The position numbers were made by a program, and so were the translations under genes. The notes beneath the pieces are model-generated. The model worked only from the letters and a program-made list of their open reading frames with translations. It was not told where the DNA came from and did not search any database. From Hemiscyllium ocellatum (lineage: Eukaryota), in contig NC_083444.1 in assembly GCF_020745735.1 (NCBI RefSeq), positions 7,260,338-7,324,337 of the forward strand: a stretch of 64,000 nucleotides of DNA, given 5' to 3'. Positions 12,017-24,520 of this stretch are shown piece after piece (position 1 is the stretch's first letter; every line of letters starts with the position of its first letter).

Positions 12017-12228
12017 CTGCAAATGTGTTGCTGGTCAAAGCACAGCAGGTTAGGCAGCATCTCAGGAATAGAGAATTCGACGTTTCGAGCATAAGCCCTT
12101 CATCAGGAAGGGCTTATGCTCGAAACGTCGAATTCTCTATTCCTGAGATGCTGCCTAACCTGCTGTGCTTTGACCAGCAACACATTTGCAGCTGTGATCT
12201 CCAGCATCTGCAGACCTCATTTTTTACT
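12017..12228. mobile_element. Short palindromic Penelope-derived insertion with a 15-bp TSD and a hammerhead core
   Basis: Perfect 86-bp inverted arms (12016-12101 / 12107-12192); TSD CTTCAGCCCATCTTG at 12002-12016 and 12229-12243; empty site at 10833-10847. Confidence 0.88.
12075..12109 (-). ncRNA. Minimal type I hammerhead ribozyme motif
   Basis: TTC-CTGATGA-A-GGGC-TTAT-GCTC-GAAAC-GTC-GAA: conserved CUGAUGA/GAAA core, stem II, palindromic stem III (ACGT), GUC cleavage triplet, TTC/GAA stem I. Confidence 0.72.
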
Positions 12229-12896
12229 CTTCAGCCCATCTTGTCAATGCTGACCAGGTTTCCTGAGCTGAACTAGTCCCATTTGCCAGCACTTGGCCCA
12301 TATCCAACTAAACCCTTCCTATTCATATACCCATCCAGATGCCTTTTAAATGCAATAATTGTACCAGCCTCCATCATTTCCTCTGGCAGCTCATTCCATT
12401 CACGCATCACCCTCTTAGCGAAAAAGTTGCCCCTTAGGTCTCTTTTATATCTTTCCCCACTCATCCCAAACCTATGCCCTCTAGTTCTGGACTCCCCCAG
12501 ACCGTGGGAAAAGACCTTGGCTACTCACTTTATCTACACCCCTCATGATTTTATAAACCTCTATAAAGTCACCCCTCAGCCTCTGACGCTCCAGGGGAAA
12601 AAGTCCCAGCTTGTCCCTAGAGCTCAAACCCTCCAACTCTGGTAACATTCTTGTCAATCTTTTCTGTAGCCTTTCAAGTTTAAGAGTAAACCTGAAAAAC
12701 AAGCTTCCTGGTGTTGAAATCCCCGATCCTAATGATAAGACATCAACCATTAACCCTATCCAAGCCTCTCATGATTTTCTCAACCTCTATAGAAGGTTAT
12801 TTCTCAATCCTCTATACTCCAGGTGAAACAAATCCCAGCCTATCCAGCATCTCCTTATAATTTTGGTACGCTTTCCTTTATTGGTCAAAGCATTTA

Positions 12897-13214
12897 GGGG
12901 TGGCACGGTGGCACAGTGGTTAGCACGGCTGCCTCACAGCGCCATGGACCTGGGTTCAATTCCCGCCTCAGGTGACTGACTGTGTGGAGTTTGCATGTTC
13001 TCCCCGTGTCTGCGTGGGTTTCCTCCAGGTGCTCCGGTTTCCTCCCATAGTCCAAAGATGTGCGGGTCAGGTGAATTGGCCACGCTAAATTGCCCGTAGT
13101 GTTAGGTAAGGGGCATATGTAGGGGTATGGGTGGGTTTCGCTTCGGCGGATTGGTGTGGACTTGTTGGGCCGAAGGGCCTGTTTCCACACTGTAACTAAT
13201 CTAATCTAATCTAA
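12897..13214 (+). mobile_element. Full-length HE1-type SINE inserted in a CR1 fragment
   Basis: GGGGTGGCACGGTGGCACAGTGGTTAGC head, V-domain, (TCTAA)n tail. Confidence 0.92.
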
Positions 13215-14130
13215 TTGAGTATTGGAGTTGGTCATATTGCAGCTCTACAAGACATTGGTCGGGCCACTTTTGGAAGATTGTGTGTAATTCTGGTCTGTTT
13301 CCTATCAGAAGGATGTTGTGAAATTTGAAAGGGTTCAGAAAAGATTTACAAGGATGTTGCCAGGGTTGGAGGGTCTTTTGCCTAGGGTGGGGAGTCCAAA
13401 ACTAGAGGGCATAGGTTTAGGGTGAGAGGACTAACGATAAGATTCTTGATTGTGAAGATCAGCAGAGAGATCTCGGTGTCCAGAAACCAGCCATGGCTGA
13501 TGAGGTTGTGAAGACAACGTACTGTGTGCTAGCTTTTACTGGTAGAGGGATTGAGTTTCGGAACCATGCGATCATGCTGCAGCTGTACAAAACTCTGGTG
13601 CGGCCACATTTGGAGTATTGCATACACTTCTGGTCACCGCATTATAGGAAGGACGTGGGACCTTTGGAAGGGGTTCAGAGGAGATTTTCTAGGCGTTGCC
13701 TGATATGGAGGGAAGGTCTTTTAAGGAAAAGCTGCGGCACTTGAGGCTGTTTTTGTTTTTCAGAGAAGAAGGTTGAGAGGCAACTTAATTGAAACATATA
13801 AGATGGAGGGTTAGGGAGGTTGGACAGAGAGAGCCTTTTTCTTTGGATGGTGATAGCTAGCATGGAGAGACAAAGCTTTAAATTGAAGGGTGATAGATAA
13901 AGGACATATGTCAGAGATAGTTTCTTTATTCAGAAAGTAATAAAGGTTTGGAACGCACTGCCTACAACAGCAGCAGACTCACCAGTTTTAAGGGCATTGA
14001 AATGGTCATTGGATGGGCACATTGATGAGAATGGAAACATGTAGGTTAGTTGGGCTTCAGATTGGTTCCACAGGTCGGCACAACATTGAGGGGCCAAAGG
14101 GCCTGTTTGCACTGTAATATTCTATGTTCT
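13215..14130 (+). mobile_element. CR1/HER1 LINE fragments (ORF2 C-terminal region and 3' UTR)
   Basis: LYKTLVRPHLEYCIHFWSPHYRKDV..LEGVQRRF, the classic CR1 ORF2 C-terminal motif. Confidence 0.88.
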
Positions 14131-14867
14131 AGGGGAAAAATATAAAAGGGACCCGTGGGGGTCAGGTAGGCCTAACAGTAGGCCACTGGGATAACAGTGG
14201 GTCATTGGGGACAATAGTGGGTCATTGGGGACAATAGTGGGTCATTGGTTCAATATTAGATCATTGATGTAATAGTAAGCCATTGGTAAAATGGTCATGG
14301 GTATAATAAAGGGCCATTGGGATAACAATAGGCCATTGGTATGGTAGTAGGCCATTGTGATAACAGTGGTTCATTGGGATAATAGTGGACCATTGAAATG
14401 ATCGTGGTTCATTGGTATAACAATGGGCCATTGGTATAAGGGGGATTTTTCACACAGAGGGTGGTGCATGTTTGGCATGAGCTGTCAGAGGAAGTGGTGG
14501 AGGCTGGTATAATTACAGCATTTAAAAGGCATCTGGGTGGATATATGAATAGGAAGGGTTTAGAGGGATATGGGCCAAGTGCTGGCAAGCGAGTCGAGAT
14601 TGGATTGGGATACCTGGTTGGCATGGACGAGTTGGACCAAAGGGTCTGTATCCGTGCTGTGCATCTCTATCACTCTATGAACTCAAACCCTCCGGTCTTG
14701 GGAACATCCTTGTCAAGTCTTTTCCGCCCCTTTCCAGTTTTAATAACATCTTTACTGTGGGGCTGGCAGCATTGATTCCAGAACCTTCTCTCCTTGCCAG
14801 CGATGGCTCCTGTCCCTCACTCGTGCTTTCACTCTGATAAATTGTTGGGAATCTTTCTGCCCTACAG

Positions 14868-14948
14868 GTCCTGTGTCCTGCATGTTCCGCCATCCGGGCT
14901 GGAGGTAAAGGATGCTGCGGTGCAGGGTGCTGTGGCAACAGATGCCGG
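14868..14948 (+). CDS. TM4SF5: TM4SF5 exon 2 (81 nt)
   Basis: cctacag|GTC...CGG|gtaaga; [27 protein letters not shown], near-identical to human [27 protein letters not shown]. Confidence 0.96.
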
Positions 14949-15427
14949 GTAAGATGTCAGACAAAAACTCTCAGGGGACAACTCCTCGCCCCCACCCCCC
15001 ACAGTTCACCAGGCCGCGTGCAGATTGCCTCTCCATCATCTTGCAAAGCAGAATGGAAGACTTGCATTTATGTAGCACCTCGTGAAACCACCCGACATCT
15101 GGAGGGATTGACAGGGGGAGGGATGCAGTTCACTTGGCAGCCATGAACTGCGCACAGCAAGATCCCATGATCGTGATAATGAGCCGGTGAACAGCTTTGG
15201 TGATATTAATTGGAGGGAATGGAGTTCAGGTCCCCAGGAGAGATGTGGAGAGCTAGTCCTGGTCCTCTGTCATCTTCTGAGAAGACTCCAGTCTAGTGTC
15301 TCGTTTGGTAGCCAGCAGTCCCCACAGAACTTCACTCTCTTGGAGCCTGTTCAAGGACTTTGGGTGCAAATCTCTGGAAAGGGGTTTGAACTTCCTGACT
15401 AAGAGGCTGGAGTGCCACAAACTGGAC

Positions 15428-18400
15428 TATTGGGATAACAGTGGTTCCATTGGGACAACAGTGGTGCCATTGGGACAACAGTGGTGCCATTGGGACAACA
15501 GTGGGCCATTGGGATAACAGTGGTGCCATTGGGATAACAGTGGTGCCATTGGGATAACAGTGGGCCATTGGGACAACAGTGGGGCCATTGGGACAACAGT
15601 GGGGCCATTGGGATAACAGTGGGTCATTAGGATAACAGTGGGCCATTGGGACAACAGCGGTGCCATTGGGATAATGGTGGGTCATTAGGATAACAGTGGG
15701 TCATTAGGATAACAGTGGGGCCATTGAGACAACAGTGGGGCCATTAGGACAACAGTGGGGCCATTGGGACAACAGTGGTGCCATTGGGATAACAGTGGGT
15801 CATTAGGATAACAGTGGGCCATTGGGACAACAGTGGTGCCATTGGGACAACAGTGGGCCATTGGGATAACAGTGGTGTCATTGGGACAACAAAGGTGCCA
15901 TTGGGATAACAGAGGTGCCATTGGGACAACAGAGGTGCCATTGGGATAACAGTGGGGCCATTGGGATAACAGTGGGTCATTAGGATAACAGTGGTGCCAT
16001 TGGGATAACAGTGGTGCCATTGGAATAACAGTGGTGCCATTGGGACAACAGAGGTGCCATTGGAATAACAGTGGGCCATTGGGACAACAGTGGGTCATTG
16101 GGACAACAGTGGGTCATTGGAATAACAGAGGTGCCATTGGGACAACAGTGGGCCATTGGGATAACAGTGGGCCATTGGGACAACAGAGGTGCCATTGGGA
16201 CAACAGTGGGCCATTGGGACAACATGGGCCATTGGAAAAACAGAGGTGCCATTGGGACAACAGTGGGCCATTGGGATAACAGTGGGCCATTGGGACAACA
16301 GAGGTGCCATTGGGACAACAGTGGGCCATTGGAAAAACAGAGGCGCCATTGGGACAACAGTGGGCCATTGGGACAACAGTGGTGCCACTGGGACAACAGT
16401 GGGCCATTGGGAGAACAGTGGGCCATTGGAATAACAGAGGTGCCATTGGGACAACAGTGGGCCATTGGGATAACAGTGGTGCCATTGGGACAACAGAGGT
16501 GCCATTGGGACAACAGTGGGCCATTGGGACAACAGTGGGCCATTGGAATAACAGAGGTGCCATTGGGACAACAGTGGGCCATTGGGATAACAGTGGGCCA
16601 TTGGGATAACAGTGGTGCCATTGGGACAACAGAGGTGCCATTGGGACAACAGTGGGTCATTAGGATAACAGTGGGTCATTAGGATAACAGTGGTGCCATT
16701 GGGATAACAGTGGTGCCATTGGGACAACAGAGGTGCTATTGGAATAACAGTGGTGCCATTGGGATAACAGTGGGCCATTGGGACAACAGTGGGTCATTAG
16801 GATAACAGTGGGTCATTAGGATAACAGTGGGGCCATTGGGACAACAATGGTGCAATTGGGATAACAGTGGGTCATTAGGATAACAGTGGGCCATTGGGAC
16901 AACAGTGGTGCCATTGGGATAACAGTGGGTCATTAGGATAACAGTGGGTCATTAGGATAACAGTGGGCCATTGGGACAACAGTGGTGCCATTGGGGTCAT
17001 TAGGATAACAGTGGGTCATTAGGATAACAGTGGTGCCATTGGGATAACAGTGGTGCCATTGGGACAACAGAGGTGCCATTGGGATAACAGAGGTGCCATT
17101 GGGACAACAGTGGGGCCATTGGGATAACAGTGGGTCATTAGGATAACAGTGGTGCCATTGGGATAACAGTGGTGCCATTGGGACAACAGAGGTGCCATTG
17201 GGATAACAGTGGGCCATTGGGACAACAGAGGTGCCATTGGAATAACAGTGGTGCCATTGGGACAACAGAGGTGCCATTGGAATAACAGAGGTGCCATTGG
17301 GACAACAGTGGGTCATTGGAATAACAGAGGTGCCATTGGGACAACAGTGGGCCATTGGGACAACAGTGGGCCATTGGGACAACAGTGTTGCCATTGGGAC
17401 AACAGTGGGCCATTGGGACAACAGTGGCCATTGGGATAACAGAGGTGCCATTGGGACAACAGTGGGCCATTGGGATAACAGTGGGCCATTGGTACAACAG
17501 AGGTGCCATTGGGACAACAGTGGGCCATTGGGACAACAGTGGGCCATTGGGACAACAAAGGTGCCATTGGGACAACAGTGGGTCATTAGGATAACAGTGG
17601 GCCATTGGGATAACAGTGGGCCATTGGGACAACAGAGGTGCCATTTGGACAACAGTGGGCCATTGGGACAACAGTGGGCCATTGGAATAACAGAGGTGCC
17701 ATTGGGACAACAGTGGGCCATTGGGACAACAGTGGGCCATTGGGATAACAGTGGTGCCATTGGGACAACAGAGGTGCCATGGGACAACAGTGGTCATTGG
17801 GACAACAGTGGGCCATTGGGATAACAGTGGTGCCATTGGGACAACAGAGGTGCCATTGGGACAACAGTGGGTCATTGGAATAACAGAGGTGCCATTGGAA
17901 TAACAGAGGTGCCATTGGGACAACAGTGGGCCATTGGGACAACAGTGGCCATTGGGACAACAGTGGCCATTGGGATAACAGTGGTGCCATTGGAATAACA
18001 GTGGGCCATTGGGACAACAGAGGTGCCATTGGAATAACAGAGGTGCCATTGGGACAACAGTGCGCCATTGGGACAACAGTAGCCATTGGGATAATAGTGG
18101 TGCCATTGGGATAACAGTGGGCCATTGGGACAACAGAGGTGCCATTGGGACAACGGTGGGCCATTGGGACAACAGTGGGCCATTGGAATAACAGAGGTGC
18201 CATTGGGACAACAGTGGGCCATTGGGACAACAGTGGGCCATTGGACTAACAGAGGTGCCACTTGGACAAGAGTGGGCCATTGGGATAACAGTGGGCCATT
18301 GGGACAACAGAGGTGCCATTGGGACAACAGTGGGTCATTAGGATAACAGTGGGTCATTAGGATAACAGTGGGGCCATTGGGACAACAGTGGTGCAATTGG

Positions 18401-20105
18401 GACAACAGTGGGCCATTGGACTAACAGAGGTGCCATTGGGACAACAGTGGGGCCATTGGGATAACAGTGGGTCATTAGGATAACAGTGGTGCCATTGGGA
18501 TAACAGTGGTGCCATTGGGACAACAGAGGTGCCATTGGGATAACAGTGGGCCATTGGGACAACAGAGGTGCCATTGGAATAACAGTGGTGCCATTGGGAC
18601 AACAGAGGTGCCATTGGAATAACAGAGGTGCCATTGGGACAACAGTGGGTCATTGGAATAACAGAGGGGCCATTGGGACAACAGTGGGCTATTGGGACAA
18701 CAGTGGTGCCATTGGGACAACAGTGGGCCATTGGGACAACAGTGGCCATTGGGATAACAGAGGTGCCATTGGGACAACAGTGGGCCATTGGGACAACAGT
18801 GGGCCATTGGGACAACAAAGGTGCCATTGGGACAACAGTGGGTCATTAGGATAACAGTGGGCCATTGGGATAACAGTGGGCCATTGGGACAACAGAGGTG
18901 CCATTTGGACAACAGTAGGCCATTGGGACAACAGTGGGCCATTGGAATAACAGAGGTGCCATTGGGACAACAGTGGGCCATTGGGATAACAGTGGGCCAT
19001 TGGGATAACAGTGGTGCCATTGGGACAACAGAGGTGCCATGGGACAACAGTGGGCCATTGGGACAACAGTGGGCCATTGGGATAACAGTGGTGCCATTGG
19101 GACAACAGAGGTGCCATTGGGACAACAGTGGGCCATTAGGATAACAGTGGGCCAATGGGACAACAGTGGGTCATTGGGACAACAGTGGGCCATTGGGATA
19201 ACAGTGGGCCATTGGGACAACAGGGGGTCATTGGGATAACAGAGGTGCCATTGGAATAACAGTGGTGCCATTGGAATAACAGTGGGCCATTGGGATAACA
19301 GTGGGTCACTGGGATAACAGTAGTGCCATTGGAATAACAGTGGGCCATTGGGATAACAATGGTGCTATTGGGATAACAGTGAGCCATTTAAATAGTGGTG
19401 TTCCATTGGTATAACAATGGGCCATTGAGATTACTGTGGGCCATTTAAATAATGGGGCGCCATTGGGATAACAGTGGCACCATTGGAATAACAGTGGCAC
19501 CATTGGGATAACAGTGGCACCATTTAAATAATGGTGTTCCATTGGTTTAACAGTGGGTCATTGAGATAACTGTCGACCATTGGGATAACAGTGGTCCACT
19601 GGGGTAAATAGTGGGTCATTGGCATGACAGTGAGCCATTGGGATAACAGTGGGTCAATAGTATAATAGTGGGTTGTTAGAATAATAGTGGGTCATTGGAG
19701 GTTAATATTAGGCTATTGGGATAACAGTGGACCATTGGAGATAACAGTGGACCATTGGGGATAACAGCGGGTTACTGGGAATAATATTGGGTCTTCAGGA
19801 TAATAGTGGGTCATTGGTACAATATTAGATCATTGATGTAATAGTAGGCCATCGGTATAATAGTAGGTCATGGGTATAATAAAGGGTCATTGGGATAACA
19901 GTGGGTCATTGGTATGACATTGGGATAACAGTGGGCCATTGGTATGACATTGGGATAACAGGGGGCCATTGGTATGGCAATGGCTCATTAGGATAACAGT
20001 GAGTCATTGGGGATAACAATAGCCCATTGGTATGATAATGGGCCACTGATTGGTAGAACAGTGGGCCACTGATTGGTAGAACAGTGGGCCACTGGTATAA
20101 CAGTG
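15428..20105. repeat. ~4.7-kb minisatellite of 19-20-bp units (CCATTGGGAYAACAGTGGG / CCATTGGGAYAACAGWGGTG) in TM4SF5 intron 2
   Basis: Visible periodicity; homogeneous core with a degenerate right flank; a degenerate relative lies at 14180-14437. Confidence 0.97.
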
Positions 20106-20494
20106 GGTTGTAATGAATGGAATGAGGCGTTAGCAGAAGTTATTTGCCTCACACTCATCAGAATCAATACAAGAATTTCAAATTTTGGTGGAACACCAGA
20201 ACTCATACTACAATAAAGAAAGAGGGTTGATAATTGTTAGCAAGTCAACTCATGAAAATGAGAGGTGAGGGAATTTGGGAGGATGCAACAGGCAAGGGAT
20301 TACTTGCTGAATGTAGCACTCTGGAACATAGGGAAGGACTTTGATGTGCATGTCTATAGAACCTCAAAGGCAGTTGGGCTAGTGGGTGAGATTCTTGATG
20401 GAGGACTTCCCTATTCCTGATGAAGGGCTTCCCCATTTCCTAATCTTATTGAGAAGTACAAGGTTCTGAGGGGAATAGACAGTGGAGATAAGCA

Positions 20495-20950
20495 AATTGG
20501 CCATGCTAATGTGCCAATATTGTCCAGGGATGTGCAGGTTAGGGTGGATTGGCCATGCTAAATTGTCCCATAGTGTCCAGGGATGTGCAGGTTAGGGTGG
20601 ATTGGCCGTTCTAAATTGTCCCATAGTGTCCAGGGATGTGCAGGTTAGGGTGGATTGGCCGTGCTAAATTGTCCCATCGTGTCCAGGGATGTGCAGGTTA
20701 GGGTGGATTGGCCATGCTAAATTGTCCCATAGTGTCCAGGGATGTGCAGGTTAGGGTGGATTGGCCGTGCTAAATTGTCCCATAGTGCCCAGGGATGTGC
20801 AGGTTAGGGTGGATTGGCCACTGGAAATGCAGGGTTACTGGGATAGGGTTGGGGCATGGGTTTGTTTGCTGGTAGGTCCAGGTGGGATGCTCTTCAGAGG
20901 GTTGGTGTGGTCTCAATGGGCCGGATGGCCTGATTCCAAACTGTACTGAT
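20495..20950 (+). repeat. HE1 SINE remnant with ~6 tandem copies of a 53-bp internal unit
   Basis: (GGGATGTGCAGGTTAGGGTGGATTGGCCRTGCTAAATTGTCCCATAGTGTCCA)n followed by the SINE tail. Confidence 0.85.
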
Positions 20951-21714
20951 TCTGTGACTCTCTGGACCATTTCCCCTTTACAGAGTGGTCATTAATCAGG
21001 AGGCAAAGATTTCAAGGAATTGGCAGGAGATTGCGAGGGGATTTGAGGAGGAAATCTTTCAACAGGAGGGTGGTGGGAGAACGGGAATTCACCACCTGTA
21101 AGAGTGAAAGAGGCAGAAACCCTTTTTTTAACATGGAGGAAGTATTTAGACGGACACGTGTGATGTTGGGAAATAAGACGAGAAAAGATAGGTGCTTTGA
21201 TAGTTGGCATGGATACAACAGGCCAAAGTCCTCTTTCAGCCTTATAGAACAAAATGGCTCTTTGATTGTTGACTTAGGCAGCCAACCAATGGGGAATGAG
21301 GGAGGCAGAGTGTTTGAGGGAGGAAATTCTCGAGCTCAAAACCCCAGACAGCTGAAGGGCAAGGCTGCCAATGGCGGAACGCTGGGAATTGGTGGGACTA
21401 TAGGGAAAAAGTGGGGCCTGGGAAAGGCCGGAATTGGAGGAGTGCAGAGATCTCAGGGGCTGGAAGTGGTCACGGAGGTAGGGAGGGGGCTGAGGGATTG
21501 ACAGGCAATTTTCAAATCCAAGCTTTGCTGAACCAGGCTTCCAGGGCAGGGAGGGAGGGGGTAAACCCGCAGCAGTGTGGCTGACTCTTAAATGGTCGAG
21601 GGCAGTTAAGGATGGGGAAGCAATCTTACATGAGATGGACAATCAGGTTAGGCCACAGGGGTTAGCAGGATCGTGGGTCAAGTCATTACACAGTCAAATA
21701 AAAACCAAAAGAAC

Positions 21715-21905
21715 CGTGGATGCTGTGAATCAGAATCAAACACAGAAATTGCTGGAAAAGCTCTCAGGTCTGGCAGCATCTGTGAAGGGATGTCAATGTT
21801 AATGCTTCGGGTCCAGTGAGCCTTCTTCAGAGAGACATTAACTCTGATCTCCCTTCACAGATGCTGCTAGATCTGCTGAGCTTTTCCAGCGACTTCTGTT
21901 CCTGT
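21715..21905. mobile_element. Older palindromic Penelope-derived element with a degenerate hammerhead core
   Basis: Inverted arms acagaaattgctggaaaagctc...ctgtgaaggga / tcccttcacagatgctg...tttccagcgacttctgt; the minus strand reads CTGAAGA-AGGCTCACTGGACCC-GAAGC. Confidence 0.6.
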
Positions 21906-22510
21906 TTCATTCCCCTATCAACTCCGCTAAACCATTACCAAGAGATATATAGCAGTAAAACAGCGCCCTTTAACCTATCTGCCACTTAGACTGTAAGATA
22001 CAGGAATAAAACCGGGCCATCAAGTCAGTTCCACCATTTGACCATGGCTGATATGTTTCCCAGCCCCTTTCTCCTACCTTCTCCCTGTAAACCTTGATCC
22101 CCTAACCAATTGAGAACTTATCTCTCTCTCTCTCTCTGTCTCAAAGACACTGAATGACCTGCCATCCACAGCCCTCTGTGACAATGAGTTGCACATATTC
22201 TCTACCTTTTTGGCTGAAGAAATTCCTCCTCATCTCAGTCCATCCTTTCACTCTGAGGCTGTGCCCTTGGTTGTAGCCTCTCCGACCAGAGGCAACACCT
22301 TCATGCCCATTCTATCCAGGCCTCTCAGTATTCTGTAAGTTTCAATCAGATCTCATGCACCCCCATCCTATTAAATTCCATCGAGTACGGACCCAGAGTC
22401 CTCCACTGCTCCCCCCATCTTCGGGATGTTTCTTGTGTGCCTCCACTGGAGCCTGACCTAAGCCAGCGCTGTCTGGGAACACTGTTAACCCATCGGCTTT
22501 CTCTTTGCAG

Positions 22511-22656
22511 ATGCTGCGGTCTGTCTTCTGCTCGCTTTTTGGCACCTTGGGCGCCCTGTACTGTCTCATTGTGTCTTCGACGGCCCTGGCAAATGGCCCA
22601 CTGTGTGACGTCGGAGGTGGGAACTGGCAGCAACCCTTCCTGAACACCAACCACAG
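22511..22656 (+). CDS. TM4SF5: TM4SF5 exon 3 (146 nt)
   Basis: ctctttgcag|ATG...CACAG|gtaggc; MLRSVFCSLFGTLGALYCLIVSSTALANGPLCDVGGGNWQQPFLNTNH. Confidence 0.95.
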
Positions 22657-22709
22657 GTAGGCCGTCAATCCTGCCCGCGGGCCGAGACTTGACATTGGTG
22701 CTATCCACA

Positions 22710-23645
22710 CCAACCCTGACCCTGACCTTCATCCTGAATCTAACCCTGACCCTAAACATCAACCTGACTCACACCCTAATGTGAACCCTAACCTTGATCC
22801 TAACCCTAACCTTGACCCTAACCCTAAACATCATCCTGGCCCTGAACCTAACTGTAATCCTGACCGTGAGCTTGAACCTAACCCTGACCCTGAACCTAAC
22901 CCTAAACCTGACCCTGAATCTATCCTGATCCTGACCCTGAACTTAACCTTACCCTGAACATCACGGGCGGCACGGTGGAACAGTGGTTAGCACTGCTGCC
23001 TCACAGCGCCAGGGAGCTGGGTTCAATTCCCGCCTCAGGCGACTGTCTGTGTGGAGTTTGCATGTTCTCCCCGTGTCTGCGTGGGTTTCCTCCGGGTGCT
23101 TCGGTTTCCTCCCACAGTCCAAAGATGTGCGGGTCAGGTGAATTGGCCATGCTAAATTGCCTGTAGTGTTAGGTAAGGGGTAAATGTAGGGGTATGGGTG
23201 GGTTGCGCTTCGGCGGGTCGGTGTGGACTTGTTGGGCTGAAGGGCCTGTTTCCACACTGTAAGTAATCTAATCTAATCACCCTGATCCTAACCTTGACCA
23301 TGACCCTGATCTGAACCTCACCCTAACCCTGTCCCTGAATCTAGCCCTGACCCCGAACCAAATCCTGACCCCAACCCTGACGCGGAAGCTAACCTGGCCC
23401 TAAACATCATCTTGACCCTGACCCAAACTCTGATCCTGACTCTAACCCTGACTCTGATGCTAACACTGACCCTGACTCTTAACTCTAAACATAGCCCCTT
23501 CCTTATCTCTAACCTTAACCCTAAATGTAACCCTGACCCTAACTCTAACCCAAAACATAACCCCAACCCTGACTCTAACCCTTACAATACCCTTGATCCT
23601 GACCGAACCTTGACCCCAACTCTGGCCCTTTACCCTGACCCCTAG
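22710..23645. repeat. Degenerate telomere-like (CCCTRA)n hexamer array in TM4SF5 intron 3, interrupted by a SINE
   Basis: ACCCTG/ACCCTA hexamers, including exact CCCTAA units. Confidence 0.88.
22965..23278 (+). mobile_element. Full-length HE1-type SINE
   Basis: Head GGGCGGCACGGTGG, V-domain, tail ...TTCCACACTGTAAGTAATCTAATCTAATC. Confidence 0.93.
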
Positions 23646-23845
23646 ATTAGCAGTTGAGAGACATTCCCACACCCCAACTGTCTCCAACACTCCCCCCCCC
23701 CCCATTGTGATTGTGAATGACTGGTGAGGAGGGAGCTGAGTGTTTATGGAGGGGGAAGGGTGGGGGTGGTGAAGGTCGGAGAATCATGGTAGCCTCTCCC
23801 GCCCATTGCTGACGGACGTGATTGGTCTCTCCCTCCTCCACGCAG

Positions 23846-24032
23846 TTACCTGACGAACCAAACGCTTTGGGAGATTTGCCAGAACCCTCCGAACATCGTG
23901 GTGTGGAACGTCTCCCTCTTCTCCATTCTCCTCATCGCCAGCGCCATCGAGCTGGGCTTCTGCGGCTTGCAGGTGGTCAACGGCTGCATCGGCGTTTTCT
24001 GCGGAGATTGCCGGAAGAAAAGCCGGAGAGAC
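23846..24032 (+). CDS. TM4SF5: TM4SF5 exon 4 (187 nt)
   Basis: ccacgcag|TTAC...GAC|gtaaga; YLTNQTLWEICQNPPNIVVWNVSLFSILLIASAIELGFCGLQVVNGCIGVFCGDCRKKSRRD; phase matches exon 3. Confidence 0.95.
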
Positions 24033-24520
24033 GTAAGAACTCGCCTCACTCCCTTCGGCCTCGTCTTCTTCCGGTCCTTTGGCAATCGATGTTGTCTCTC
24101 CTGCTGCCCTCCCCCAGTTTTGCTACTAAGCTCCCAGTCTGGCCAAGGGTGTTCTAGAGACATTTGTGGCAGAGGGAGGCCATTCAGTCCCATTCACCGT
24201 GCTAGCTGTCCTCCCACAATCTCACCCTCTTTCCTCTCTCTCTATTCCCCTTTGCCCTGATTGGCTCATTACCCGCAAATTTATTTCCTGAGGAACGCGG
24301 TTGCGCAAATGTCAGACGGTGCTTCGAACCAGACATTCCCAGAACCGCAACGGTACAGGCCAGGCCATTCGGCCCATCAGGTCTGCCCCACCGAAAATAC
24401 ACTCCAACCTGCACCGGTCCCACTCTGCCCGCACTCAACCCATTGGCCTTGATTGTTTGAACACTCCTGTAGTGCTCCTAGAGCTATTCTTGCAGAAACA
24501 AAGGAATTTGGAGCAGAAGG

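Larger units (their letters stand above)
9945..12590. repeat. Recent ~1.17-kb tandem duplication bounded by CR1 fragments (TM4SF5 intron 1)
   Basis: 10260-10860 is nearly identical to 11430-12260 apart from the 12017-12228 insertion; 10860-11180 matches 12257-12580. Confidence 0.92.

Noticed and set aside
12897-12970. tRNA-like sequences with A and B boxes (many copies)
   Set aside because: They are the tRNA-derived heads of HE1 SINEs and continue into the V-domain; not tRNA genes.
15332-19542. Dozens of long ORFs (MAPLLSQWPTVVPMAHCC...) on both strands
   Set aside because: Translations of the 19-20-bp minisatellite; open in all frames with no splice context.
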